Below are positions 1 through 10,822 of a stretch of DNA of 64,000 bases, piece after piece. Both the position numbers and the translations under genes were made by a program. The DNA comes from Phyllobates terribilis (Eukaryota), in assembly GCF_046119375.1 (NCBI RefSeq), contig NW_027362767.1, positions 410,502,001 to 410,566,000 of the forward strand. Direction: 5' to 3'. The notes under the pieces were generated by a model. The model was not told the origin of the DNA. It searched no databases and worked only from the letters and a program-made list of their open reading frames with translations. The first letter of the stretch is position 1, and each line of letters opens with the position of its first letter.

Positions 1-1060
1 CCATTGCATACTTGGTCATTTTTTCAATAAGGATGGTGTGAGATACTTTGTCAAATGCTTTGCTGAAGTCAAGATATACTATATCTACAGCATTTCCCTG
101 ATCCACCCAGTCAGTGATTCTGTCATAGAAGGAAATTAAGTTAGTCTGACATGACTTGTTAGTTACAAACCCATGCTGACTCTGGTTAATCACTTCATTC
201 TTATCCATGTACTTACATACATGTTGTTTAATAATTTGTTCAAAGATCTTTCCTGGTATAGAAGTCAGACTCACCGGCCTATAGTTCCCTGGGTCCACCT
301 TCTTCCCCTTTTTGAAGATAGGAACAACATTTGCTCTTCTCCAGTCTTCTGGGACTTCTCCTGTTCTCCAAGAATTTTCAAAGATTATGGAGAGTGGTTC
401 TAAAATTTCTTCTACGATCTCCTTCAGTACTCTGGGGTGTAATTCATCTGGACCTGGAGACTTGAACTCATTTATGTTAGCTAAATATTCCCTCACAATC
501 TTTCTGTTTACAGATAACTTGGATTCCTCTATTCCTTTAAAAGGACAGTGAAGATCAGTTGATGTTACATTTTCTTTCTGAGAGAAAACAGATGCAAAAT
601 AGGAATTAAAAAGTTCGGCCTTCTCAACATCCTCTCTTACTATTTCTCCATTTTCATCCTGTAAAAATCCTATAGCATCTTTGACTTTTCTTTTACTTTT
701 GACATACCCCCAAAATCCTTTTTTATTGCTTTTGACATCTCTTGCAAGCCTTAATTCATTGTCAGCTTTAGCTAACCTGATACGTGCCCTACAGGATCTG
801 CAGACTGCATTATAATCTTCTTTAGATATGCCTCCCTCTTTCCATTTAATAAACATTTCTTTCTTTCTTTTTAGCATGTGTTTAAGTTCTGTGTTCATCC
901 ATCCTGGTTTCCTTAAATGCTTCCCATTCTTCCTACTTTTCGGGATTGTTAACGATTGTGCTTTGAGAATCTCATTTTTAAAAATTTCCCATCCTTCCTG
1001 GACATTTTTGTCCTTAAGGACATCCAGCCATTGGATCCCTCCTATTCTATTTCTGAGTAC
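1..1060 (-). mobile_element. 5'-truncated CR1-clade LINE, ORF2 fragment (pre-RT linker and N-terminal RT); continues beyond the left window edge
   Basis: Minus-strand translation by eye gives CR1 ORF2 motifs: IQWLDVLKDKNVQEGW, KSPGPDELHPRVLKE, ANVVPIFKKGK, NYRPVSLTSIPGKIFE, QHGFVTNKSCQTNL, YLDFSKAFDKVSH. The 5' end abuts hAT transposase sequence at about 1060. Confidence 0.9.
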
Positions 1061-4000
1061 TCCTGTACCATCGTCTCTAGGTGTTGACTATGTGTCAGAC
1101 TTCTTGTCTCCTGTGGCCTTGCAAAGGATGGGCTAAAAAAGTGGTGAAATGATTGCGCAAAATTGATGTTACCAGCAGATACTGTGGTTCTGTTATGGTT
1201 TGAGTGCTGAACACTTGACGGTCCCACGGTTGGCAAGTTGGAACTGTGAGATTCACTACGTGCACCACTGGTGTTTTGTGGAAAAGCACATTTAAGATTC
1301 TGCAACAGTCTCTGCTGATACTCCTGCATGCGTGCATCCCTTTCTATGGCAGGAATAATTTCTGCAAATTTACTTTTGTACCGGGGATCTAGCAGTGTGG
1401 CAACCCAGTAGTCAGGATTATTTCTAATTCTCACAATTCGAGGATCATGTTGCAGGTAGTGCAGCAAGAAGGCACTCATGTGTGTTGCGCATCCAGGAGC
1501 ACCAAGTCCCTGTTGTGTTGGTGGCGAGGTAACAATCATGCTTCCTTCCTCTGTCCTCTCCCCCCAACCTCGCACAACAGAAATGTGATCAAGGTCTCCC
1601 TCATCTGATGAGTCTTCCATCAGTTCATCCTCCACTTCTTCCTGGGCTCCTGCACCTTCCTCACTAGTTTGGCTGCTACCATGCGCCCTGGTAAAACCAT
1701 CTCCCCCACCCACACATGCCTGCCGCCTTGGTGCTGCCGACCGTCTGGACCTTGCAGATGTTAGCCCTTCCGCATAAAACTCCTCCTCCTCTACTTTCTC
1801 CACCTCCTCTTGTGCCACCACCTGACTCCGAATTCTGTTTAACATGTGCTCCAGCATGTAAATCACCGGAATAGTCATGCTGATAATGGAATCGTCAGCA
1901 CTAAACAACTTCGTCGCCATTTCAAAACTGTGCAGAAGGGTGCATAGGTCCCTGATCTGAGAACAGTCCTCCAGCGTGATTTGCCCCACGTCTGGATCTC
2001 GTTGGCCCAGGCTATACGTCAGAACGTATTGCACCAGGGCTTGTCGGTGCTGCCACAGTCGCTGCAACATGTGCAGAGTTGAATTCCACCGGGTAGGCAC
2101 ATCGCATTTTAGCCAGTGAAGTGGCAGGCCCAACGACTTCTGTAGAGATGTAAGTCGCTGAGCTGCGGGATGCGAACGGCGGAAGTGAGCACACAGCGAC
2201 AGTGCCCTCTGCAGAAGGCCATCTAGTCTGGGATAGTGGGCTAAAAATTGCTGGACAACCAGGTTCAACACGTGAGCCATACAAGGCACGTGTGTGACAT
2301 TGCCCCGGCGAAGGGCCGCACCCAGGTTTGCAGCATTGTCGCACACGGCCTTTCCTGGTTTCAGGTCCAGTGGAGACAACCATTCATGAAATTGGTTCTC
2401 CAGAGCTGACCACAACTCCTCAGCTGTGTGACTCACATTTCCCAGACATTTCAAAGTAAAAACCGCCTGATGACGTTGAGACCTACTGACAGCATAGTAA
2501 GGAGGTGTGCAGGATCCCTTCTGCACAGTTAGAAAGCTTGTGGCATGACCAGACAGGCTTTGGGTGCAGGTGGAAGACCGAGAGGAGGTTGAGGAGGCAG
2601 AAGCAGTGGAGGAACTTTGACATAAAGAGGATTGACGCACAACTGGTGGGGACGGCAAGACTTGGACAGCAGCCCCTTGTCCTGCTGTCACCATAGTTAC
2701 CCAGTGCCCAGTCAGCGACATGTAACGCCCCTGTCCATGCCTACTCATCCAAGTGTCTGTGGTGAAATGCACCCTGTCACACACAGAGTTTCTCAAAGAA
2801 GCGGTGATGTTGTGTGCGACATGCTGGTGGAGCGCAGGCACACCTTTCTTTGAGAAGTAGTGCCGACTGGGCATATGGTACTGGGGCACTGCGACGGACA
2901 TAAGGTCTCGAAAATCCTCTGTGTCCACCAGGCGGAAAGGCAGCATTTCTGTAGCCAAGAGCTTGCAGATGGTGAAATTCAACCTCTTAGCTTTCTCATG
3001 GCTAGGAGGAAATGGTCTTTTACTTGTCCACATCTGAGGGACCGAGGGCTGGCTATTGTGCTTAGACGGGGTTGATAAGGGTGTCCTCGGCAAACTGCCG
3101 GTCTGTGAGGAAGATGCAGGCAGACATGTTAGGTTGCCTTGATCCAAAGGTGGTGCTATCGATGTCGGACAGCGCTCAACACCAGCTGGTGTTACCACCT
3201 CCAAAGAAAATGATGACCTGCCAATCACGCTGGCTGTTGCGGGTAAAGAGGTGGCAGGTCTGTGCCCCAAAACAGGTGTGACTGCTGTCCCCCCAGTCAC
3301 AGAGGATGAAGAGGCTGCGGATGCACAAGATATGGCAGACGGCGGTTGGCCCGGCCGGCTAGGCCGCATTGTAGCACACTGAGCTTCCCACTGCAACTTA
3401 TGCTTCATGTCCATGTGCCGGTTCATGCATGAAGTACTCAAACTATGTATTTTTTGGCCTCTACTTAGCTTTTGCTGACAAATGTTACAGATAACACGAG
3501 TTGGGTCATCTTTATGGATCTGAAAAAATGCCCAGGCTATGCAAGGCTTAGCACCCATGTGACCTGAAGAGCCACCACGACTTGTGGTGAGAGGCAGAGT
3601 TGTGTTTGAGGATGCAGTTGTTGACGTGCTTCCAGTACTACGTCTCTGTCCAGGAAGGCGCAACCTGACCTCGTCGTCACTAGCATCTTCCTCCACCTCC
3701 TCTGCTGACCTCATCTCTTGGCTGACTGTGGGTTGACAGTAAGTGGGATCTTCAACCTCATCATCATCACCCTGTGCGTTATCACACCCGTCGTCCTCAG
3801 AGCCAACCTGTTCCTGCCCTGACAAAAAACTAAAGTTGTCGCTCCAATCAGGTATTTGAGTCTCATCATCGTCTTCCTCATTGTCTCCACCAACAGGAGT
3901 TACAGTTTGGGAATGAGGGTCTACATTATGGTCAGAACCTTCTGCGTCTGGTCCTGGATCCGACTCATAAAGATTCTGGGCATCAGTGCAGATCATTTCC

Positions 4001-4473
4001 TCGTCTGGATTCACAGAAGCGCTGGAGTCGACCTCTGATTCCCAGGCTATAGTATGAGTAAACAGCTCTGCAGACTCAACCATCTGTTCTACCTCATACT
4101 CAGACGGGCAGCTGGAGATTTGGGAGCTGTGAGGAAGCAAGTGTGATTGGGGTGACACCTTTGAGGACTGGAGTATTTGTGATGTTGAAGTTGATGTGGA
4201 GGAGAGCCCACTTAAAGGAGCACTTGATATCCGTTGAAGCACCTGCTGTTTTTGTGCCTCATCTGGAATTTGTAGTGATTGGCGTGGCCGTAAGAAAGGG
4301 ATCTTATCACATTGTCCGCTAAAAGAAGTAGACATTTTAGTTTGGCTGGAAGATGGTCTTTCTTCTGCAGATGTTACTGTTGCTTTAACACCTACCCCAC
4401 GGACACAACCTTTTTTCCCCTTCCCAACACGCCTATTCCCCTTTCCACCAGCAGCAGGCCTTTTTCCACTCAT
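1042..4473 (-). CDS. hAT (Ac-like, BED-finger) transposase, 1143 aa, C-terminally truncated by CR1
   Basis: BED finger (AWAFF..VICNIC..MNRHMDMKH), EMLPFRLVD, VHFTTDTW, VCDNAANL, CMAHVLNLVVQ, DVPTRWNST, ATLLDPRYK. The hATC dimerisation domain (YW..W.EL...LACPAASVLSER), present in the family-B copies, is absent. The last codons (about SEIE*) are CR1-derived. Confidence 0.9.
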   Translation of the reverse strand: MSGKRPAAGGKGNRRVGKGKKGCVRGVGVKATVTSAEERPSSSQTKMSTSFSGQCDKIPFLRPRQSLQIPDEAQKQQVLQRISSAPLSGLSSTSTSTSQILQSSKVSPQSHLLPHSSQISSCPSEYEVEQMVESAELFTHTIAWESEVDSSASVNPDEEMICTDAQNLYESDPGPDAEGSDHNVDPHSQTVTPVGGDNEEDDDETQIPDWSDNFSFLSGQEQVGSEDDGCDNAQGDDDEVEDPTYCQPTVSQEMRSAEEVEEDASDDEVRLRLPGQRRSTGSTSTTASSNTTLPLTTSRGGSSGHMGAKPCIAWAFFQIHKDDPTRVICNICQQKLSRGQKIHSLSTSCMNRHMDMKHKLQWEAQCATMRPSRPGQPPSAISCASAASSSSVTGGTAVTPVLGHRPATSLPATASVIGRSSFSLEVVTPAGVERCPTSIAPPLDQGNLTCLPASSSQTGSLPRTPLSTPSKHNSQPSVPQMWTSKRPFPPSHEKAKRLNFTICKLLATEMLPFRLVDTEDFRDLMSVAVPQYHMPSRHYFSKKGVPALHQHVAHNITASLRNSVCDRVHFTTDTWMSRHGQGRYMSLTGHWVTMVTAGQGAAVQVLPSPPVVRQSSLCQSSSTASASSTSSRSSTCTQSLSGHATSFLTVQKGSCTPPYYAVSRSQRHQAVFTLKCLGNVSHTAEELWSALENQFHEWLSPLDLKPGKAVCDNAANLGAALRRGNVTHVPCMAHVLNLVVQQFLAHYPRLDGLLQRALSLCAHFRRSHPAAQRLTSLQKSLGLPLHWLKCDVPTRWNSTLHMLQRLWQHRQALVQYVLTYSLGQRDPDVGQITLEDCSQIRDLCTLLHSFEMATKLFSADDSIISMTIPVIYMLEHMLNRIRSQVVAQEEVEKVEEEEFYAEGLTSARSRRSAAPRRQACVGGGDGFTRAHGSSQTSEEGAGAQEEVEDELMEDSSDEGDLDHISVVRGWGERTEEGSMIVTSPPTQQGLGAPGCATHMSAFLLHYLQHDPRIVRIRNNPDYWVATLLDPRYKSKFAEIIPAIERDARMQEYQQRLLQNLKCAFPQNTSGARSESHSSNLPTVGPSSVQHSNHNRTTVSAGNINFAQSFHHFFSPSFARPQETRSLTHSQHLETMVQEYSEIE

Positions 4474-7318
4474 TTTGGCGGTTAACTAATTCACAACTCT
4501 GGAGTTGTTTGCACAAAAAAACAATGGATGGGAACCGAGCAGAGCTGAGTGGCCAAACTGTGGTATTAGGCCAAAACTATTGGCTGGGTTAGATGCAGAA
4601 AAAAATTATATTGAATTTACAACCTGATGGAGGTCAGTATAGATGGACTAATAGAACAAGTCCCACACACAGCTAGAAGCCCAAATATTTTTTCAGAGGT
4701 AGATGCAGAAAAAAATATATTCAGTTTGCAACCTGATGGAGGTCAGTATAGATGGACTAATAGAGAAAGTCCCACACACTGCTAGAAGGCCAAATATTTT
4801 TTCAGAGCTAGATGCAGAAAAAAATTATATTCAGTTTGCAACCTGATGGAGGTCTGTATAGATGGATTAATAGAACAAGTCCCACACACAGCTAGAAGCC
4901 CAATATTTTTTCAGAGGTAGATGCAGAAAAAAATATATTCAGTTTGCAACCTGATGGAGGTCAGTATAGATGGACTAATACAACAAGTCCCACACACAGC
5001 TAGAAGCCCAATATTTTTTCAGAACTAGATGCAGAAAAAAATTATATTCAATTTGCAACCTGATGGAGGTCAGTATAGATGGAGTAATAGAACAAGTCCC
5101 ACACACAGCTAGAAGCCCAAATATTTTTTCAGAGCTAGATGCAGATAAAAATTATTTTTAATTTGCAACCTGATGGAGGTCAGTATAGATGGACTAATAG
5201 AGAAAGTCCCACACACTGCTAGAAGGCCAAAAATTTTTCAGAGCTAGATGCAGACAAAAAATTATTTTGAATTTGCAGCGTGATGGAGGTCAGTATAGAT
5301 GTACTAATAGAGAAAGTCCCACACACTGCTAGAAGGCCAAATATTTTTTCAGAGCTAGATGCAGAAAAAAATTATATTCAGTTTGCAACCTGATGGAGGT
5401 CTGTATAGATGGATTAATAGAACAAGTCCCACACACAGCTAGAAGCCCAATATTTTTTCAGAGGTAGATGCAGAAAAAAATATATTCAGTTTGCAACCTA
5501 ATGGAGGTCAGTATAGTTGGACTAATACAACAAGTCCCACACACAGCTAGAAGCCCAATATTTTTTCAGAGCTAGATGCAGAAAAAAATTATATTCAATT
5601 TGCAACCTGATGGAGGTCAGTATAGATGGAGTAATAGAACAAGTCCCACACACAGCTAGAAGCCCAAATATTTTTTCAGAGCTAGATGCAGATAAAAATT
5701 ATTTTTAATTTGCAACCTGATGGAGGTCAGTATAGATGGACTAATAGAGAAAGTCCCACACACTGCTAGAAGGTCAAATATTTTTTCAGAGGTAGATGCA
5801 GAAAAAAATTATATTCAGTTTGCAACCTGATGGAGGTCTGTATAGATGGATTAATAGAACAAGTCCCACACACAGCTAGAAGCCCAATGTTTTTTCAGAG
5901 GTAGATGCAGAAAAAATATATTCAGTTTGCAACCTGATGGAGGTCAGTATAGATGGACTAATACAACAAGTCCCACACACAGCTAGAAGCCCAATATTTT
6001 TTCAGAGCTAGATGTAGAAAAAAATTATTTTCAATTTGCAACCTGATGGAGGTCAGTATAGATGGAGTAATAGAACAAGTCCCACACACAGCTAGAAGCC
6101 CAAATATTTTTTCAGAGGTAGATGGAGAAAAAAATTATATTCAGTTTGCAACCTGATGGAGGTCTGTATAGATGGATTAATAAAACAAGTCCCACACACA
6201 GCTACAAGCCCAATATTTTTTCAGAGGTAGATGCAGAAAAAAATATATTCAGTTTGCAACCTGATGGAGGTCAGTATAGATGGACTAATAGAGAAAGTCC
6301 CACACACTGCTAGAAGGCCAAATATTTTTTCAGAGCTAGATGCAGAAAAAAATGATATTCAATTGCAACCTGATGGAGGTCAGTATAGATGGACTAATAG
6401 AATGATGCTATGCCCAAAAGATTTTACTTCACTAGGTGCAGTAAAAAAATTGGTATTCTATACACAGGTGGTATATCTTGCAACACAGATAGGCTACTCC
6501 ACTGACTAACACACTCTGCAATAGGCCAAAAAGGATTAGCTTTGCTAGATTCAGCCAAATGCTGTGAAAAAAACTTGCACAGCACTGGCACAGACCTGCC
6601 TGGCAAAAACTGATAGGAACTGATGTAACCTAGTCCTGAAAAGGACTCCAATTACAATTAGTCTTTACTCCCACAACCTATCTATTTAAGAGCACAGACC
6701 TGCCTGATAAAAGTCGTAGGAAATGCTGTAACCTAGTCCTTAAAAGGACTACAATCACAACTATTCCCTACTCCCAAGCTATCTGTAGATTTGTGCGAAA
6801 ATTGGCTTGAAATTAACAAGGTATAGCGCACACAGCAACAGCGGTGCCGTCTAACACGCAGCTGCAGCAGTGAGAAAATGGTGGTGACGGGGAAAATGGC
6901 TTGGTCTTATAGGGCAAGGACATGTGCCATACACTGCCAATGACACATGCCCTTGCTTGTGTGAAAAAAAGCACTTCGCTCCGTGTGTGCGCTGCTGATA
7001 GGCTGACAGATTGCACCTCCCCACTGTAAATGCGGGAAAGAGAAAAAAAAAAGGAGATCTTCATTATTCCTGCAGAGATCAATCCCCTGCCCCTCCCCCC
7101 ACCCCGCTGTACACTCAAACTGCGTATTAACATTAATTTTCATCATTACTGAGAAAAAATCCAGTTATGATTTTGGTGCACGAACAGTTATCGAACATAA
7201 CCTCGAACAGCCGAATTTTTCTCAAATCGTTCGTGTTCGCCGAACGGCTCGAACACCGCCCAAAACAGCTCGAATTTGAGATTGGCGAACAGTTCGAGTA
7301 GAACAACGCTCATCTCTA
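1061..7318 (-). mobile_element. hAT DNA transposon, family A (autonomous type); the 3' part is cut by the CR1 insertion
   Basis: The terminus GCTCATCTCTA ends at 7318 (reverse complement TAGAGATGAGCG). It is followed inward by subterminal sequence, a 110-bp tandem array and the transposase ORF. Tc1 coding sequence starts immediately at 7319. Confidence 0.85.
4591..6400. repeat. Tandem array of about 110-bp units (about 16.5 copies) in the hAT subterminal region
   Basis: The unit AGATGCAGAAAAAAA..GCAACCTGATGGAGGTCAGTATAGATGGA..AAGTCCCACACAC..GCTAGAAG recurs at 4591, 4701, about 4810 and onward to about 6340. Confidence 0.95.
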
Positions 7319-7770
7319 ATGAGGGCCCGACGTCCACAGATGGGGGTTATGCTCACAGCCCAACACCATGCAGGATGCTTGACATTTGCCACAGAACACC
7401 AGAATAGGCAAAGTCGCCACTGGCGCCCTGTGCTCTTCACAGATGAGAGCAGGTTCACACTGAGCACATGTGACAGATATGACAGAGTCTGGAGACACCG
7501 TGGAGAGCGATCTGCTGCATGCAACATCCTTCAGCATGACTGGTTTGGCAGTGGGTCAGTAATGGTGTGGGGTGGCATTTCTTTGGAGGGCCGCAAAGCC
7601 CTCCATGTGCTCGCCAGAGGTAGCCTGACTGCCATTAGGTACCGAGATGAGATCCTCAGACCTCTTGTGAGACCATGTGCTGGTGCGGTTGGCCCTGGGT
7701 TCCTCCTAATGCAGGACAATGCCAGACCTCATGTGGCTGGAGTGTGTCAGCAGTTCCTGCAAGATGAATG

Positions 7771-8768
7771 TGTGGCACCCCAGGGGTCTGGTTTCCACAG
7801 TAACAGTAATGTTATGTCTGAGAGCAGGTGGGAGGTCTCTTGGTCAGGAATCCTATGCATGCCACACCTCCTGCCCAGTCCTGGGAGGGGAAGGACTTCC
7901 CCTATATAAACCTAGGGCTGAGGCAGGGTGAGTAAGTAGAGAAGAAGTAGAGACAGAGAAGAGAAGCAGATATAGGAAAAGAACATCAGGAGCTCTGTGG
8001 GAGCAGTGCTATAAGGAGTCAGGGGCTGGCAGCTGCAGAGCTCGCCCTGACTGAGAAGCTATCACCGGACCCGGAGTCCGAGGCTGTGGGGACTAATCCT
8101 TACCCAGCAGCAGAAACCGCCCGGCAGGGGATTTCAGGTCCTCTGGCCAAGGAACCCGAAGGCACGGTCACACGCGTGGGACCAGCACCGCCGTCGTGGA
8201 GCGGACGCCACTAGAAGGCCCCGAGTCACCGGCCATACGGGTGAGCACCACACGGTACACTCAGGGACGTGGGCTACTTATACCCGCCTCTAGCAAGGTA
8301 GCCAGAAGAGTACAGTCAGTTTGGGAGGCCTACAACTCCGCCTGGCCAGGGGAGATCCCATCTGCTCAAGGACTGACCAGGCCCCGATCGCTAGCCAGTA
8401 CTCCGGGAGGGTCTATCTTTATCACCAGTAAAGACCCTGAATTACACCGCATCGTCTCTGAGTGATTCCTGCTACCCCATCATCCACGTCGGCTGCCCTG
8501 AGGCCATACCCCTCCCATTGGGGGTGATACTATCACGCTGCACAATCCTACCACCGGCCTCAGCGGTCTGCCCTGCAGTGGCAGCTCCTTCGCTGCATTC
8601 AACGGATGGCGTAGTCGTCCAACATCTACCGCTAATACAGCGCCACTTAGTCTGACTCCCTGGGCACGGACCGGGTCACCGCCACGAGACTACAACCCTC
8701 AACAGATCCGGCTCCGGGTAAGCTCCCGCGTGCGCAACGCTGCGTGACACAGGCCCAGGGGTGCGTCA
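7771..8768 (+). repeat. 5' LTR of the Gypsy element
   Basis: Direct repeat of 13270-14267 with about 10 substitutions counted by eye. TG...CA ends; TATA-like CCTATATAAA near 7903. Confidence 0.95.
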
Positions 8769-8773
8769 ACTTT

Positions 8774-8791
8774 TGGCGTAGTCGGCAGGAT
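8774..8791 (+). promoter_or_regulatory. Primer-binding site complementary to the tRNA-Ser 3' end
   Basis: TGGCGTAGTCGGCAGGAT is the reverse complement of ATCCTGCCGACTACGCCA, the 3' end of vertebrate tRNA-Ser(AGA/TGA). It lies 5 nt after the LTR. Confidence 0.9.
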
Positions 8792-9209
8792 CTCGTGCCC
8801 GCAACCACCGGGTACTGCGTGCCTGAAAAAGACTGTTCAAACTTACCAGTGGTGAAGATTCCCGCCATCCGGCGCCATCTTCTGTCTTCTTCCCGCCATC
8901 CGCGAAGTTTTCCCGCCATCCGGCGCCATCTTCTGCCTTCTTCCCGCCATCCGTGGAGTTTTCCCGCCGTTGGACGCCATCTTGAAGACACCGCGCGGGA
9001 AGAAGAGGGGCGTGAACTCCGAAAGCGCGCGAGAACTGAAGCCCCGCCTCACGTCCGGACGTTGCGTAAGGTCCTGGAAGGAGCCCAGCAGACGCCGACG
9101 TCACAGGAGCGCGACGGAAGGTCTTCAACCCTGACGATCCACTGCGGAGCCGCGGCCTACGGAAGAGGATCATCGCAAGGTAGGCCACGGTCCACTAGGG
9201 GGGAGAAGG

Positions 9210-10190
9210 ATGTCGGATATGGAGGAGAGCTTCACCGCTTCAACCCCCGCCAGCGCCACCGCTGTTGCGGTCATGCCTTTCACCATGCCCTATATCCCGG
9301 GGGCAGCCTGGCTACCCCAGTACTCAGGGGAGTCACATACCCTGCATGACTTTAGAGAAAAGCTGGATAGCCTCTTCCAGGTGTATCCCCTCACAGAGGA
9401 GCAAAAAGTGAGCATCCTGGTGGCCCAATTAACCGGGGCAGCCCAAAGGGAGGTAAAGTCCTGGCCACCTGGGAGGAGGACTGTCGCAGAGATACTAACC
9501 CGGCTGAGGGACACCTTTGATACCCGCACCTCAGTCGAGATCAAGCTTAGATTCTACGGGTGCAAACAGCGGGCACATGAGAGTATAAGGGACTATGCCC
9601 TGAACCTACAAGAGGCCCTGAGAGCCATTAAGCAGACCGACCCTGACGGCGTGGGAGACGAGGACAGGCTGTTGACTGAACAATTTATAGAGGGTTTATA
9701 TTGCAATGCCCACCGAACCCAGTTGCGGGCAATGGCCTTACAGGACCCTCATCTGGGATTTGCACAGTTTAAGGACAGAGCCATCCGGGTGCTCCGAGAA
9801 CCGGCACCAGGTGGCGTTGTGACCCACAGACGCCCCACTACCACTTACCACCAGGAGGCGGCACCCTTGTCGGCAGGGCCTGTGGGAGCTGATGCGCAGG
9901 CTTTGAACAATGACCCGGCTCCAGACCTGCACCATCAGGTCCAAGAGCTAGCTAAAAGCGTTGCCGCGCTAACCCGAACTGTGCAGTCTTTACAGGTTTC
10001 CACTCCAGGGAAGATCCAGCTGGCATCCGGACCGGAGGACATCCCGTGGCCTCGACCAAGGAGGACCCCACCGGCCAGAGGAAGACCCAGCGACCGATAC
10101 AACGAGGACGGACAACCCATCTGCCGCCGCTGCAATCAACCCGGACATATGGCAAGGTACTGTCCTTTAAACTGGCACAACCTGGGGTAG
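9210..10190 (+). CDS. Gypsy Gag (capsid-like domain plus CCHC zinc knuckle), 326 aa
   Basis: Intact ORF downstream of the PBS. It has a capsid-type region (EEQKVSIL..LTGAAQ..LRDTFD..KQRAHESIRDY) and the knuckle CRRCNQPGHMARYC. Confidence 0.9.
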   Translation: MSDMEESFTASTPASATAVAVMPFTMPYIPGAAWLPQYSGESHTLHDFREKLDSLFQVYPLTEEQKVSILVAQLTGAAQREVKSWPPGRRTVAEILTRLRDTFDTRTSVEIKLRFYGCKQRAHESIRDYALNLQEALRAIKQTDPDGVGDEDRLLTEQFIEGLYCNAHRTQLRAMALQDPHLGFAQFKDRAIRVLREPAPGGVVTHRRPTTTYHQEAAPLSAGPVGADAQALNNDPAPDLHHQVQELAKSVAALTRTVQSLQVSTPGKIQLASGPEDIPWPRPRRTPPARGRPSDRYNEDGQPICRRCNQPGHMARYCPLNWHNLG

Positions 10191-10206
10191 AGGGCCAAAC
10201 CCCAGG
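10166..10206 (+). promoter_or_regulatory. -1 ribosomal frameshift signal (gag-pol)
   Basis: Slippery heptamer T TTA AAC (10166-10172) in the Gag frame, an 8-nt spacer, then an 8-bp stem CCTGGGGT/ACCCCAGG (10181-10188 and 10199-10206). The -1 frame is the protease ORF. Confidence 0.8.
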
Positions 10207-10822
10207 AAAAAGATCATCAGGCCCATCGAACTGGCGCGACAAATATGTGGGAGGACGTCCAGTCTTGCCCGTGGTACTGGATGGCATCCCCATGAGTGCC
10301 CTACTGGACACCGGGTCACAGGTTACCACTATCCCGTACGTGCTCTTCAAGCAGTACTGGAATGACTCGGATATCACCCGCTACCCTGACGACGACTTGA
10401 GTATCATCGCCAGCAATGGTCAGCCCGTGCCACAGATTGGATTTAAAGAGGTGATTTTCCTTTTACAACAGGTTGCCAAGAACGCCAGCTCCGGCCAGCA
10501 GCGACTGCTCCAGAAAGAGATCCGGGCACTGATGCGACGGCAACAGATAGAACTCTACGGTGGTGAGATTGGTAGCGTAAGAATGTGTGACCCTTTCCCT
10601 ATTGCCATGCCCCCAAAAAGTGAAATGATGATTTGGTGCCGGGCAGCTATTGGTCTGAGAGGTAGAGATTACCAGGCAATGGTAGAACCAGTTTACTCAG
10701 ACAGTAGGCCCACCATTTTGACAGCACGGGGGGTGGTCAATGTACGCCATGGCAGGGTGCCCGTTCGCATAATAAATATCGGGAAGAGGGAAGTGTACCT
10801 GCCCCGGTATGCCACGCTAGCC
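10166..10822 (+). pseudogene. pol 5' part: truncated aspartic protease and post-protease region
   Basis: Active-site motif LLDTGSQVT is present. The C-terminal hydrophobic-hydrophobic-Gly motif of retropepsins is not seen. No RT motifs follow. Confidence 0.8.

Noticed and set aside
1042-4473. Domesticated host ZBED gene
   Set aside because: It lies inside an element with a TIR and a subterminal array, is inserted in a Tc1, and is cut by a LINE. This is transposon context, not a conserved host locus.
4591-6400. CRISPR-like array
   Set aside because: Units are contiguous near-identical 110-mers with no unique spacers, the context is eukaryotic, and there are no cas genes.
8196-8465. 89-aa ORF present in both Gypsy LTRs (also 13695-13964)
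   Set aside because: The duplication just reflects LTR identity. The 5' copy begins with GTG and there is no recognisable domain.
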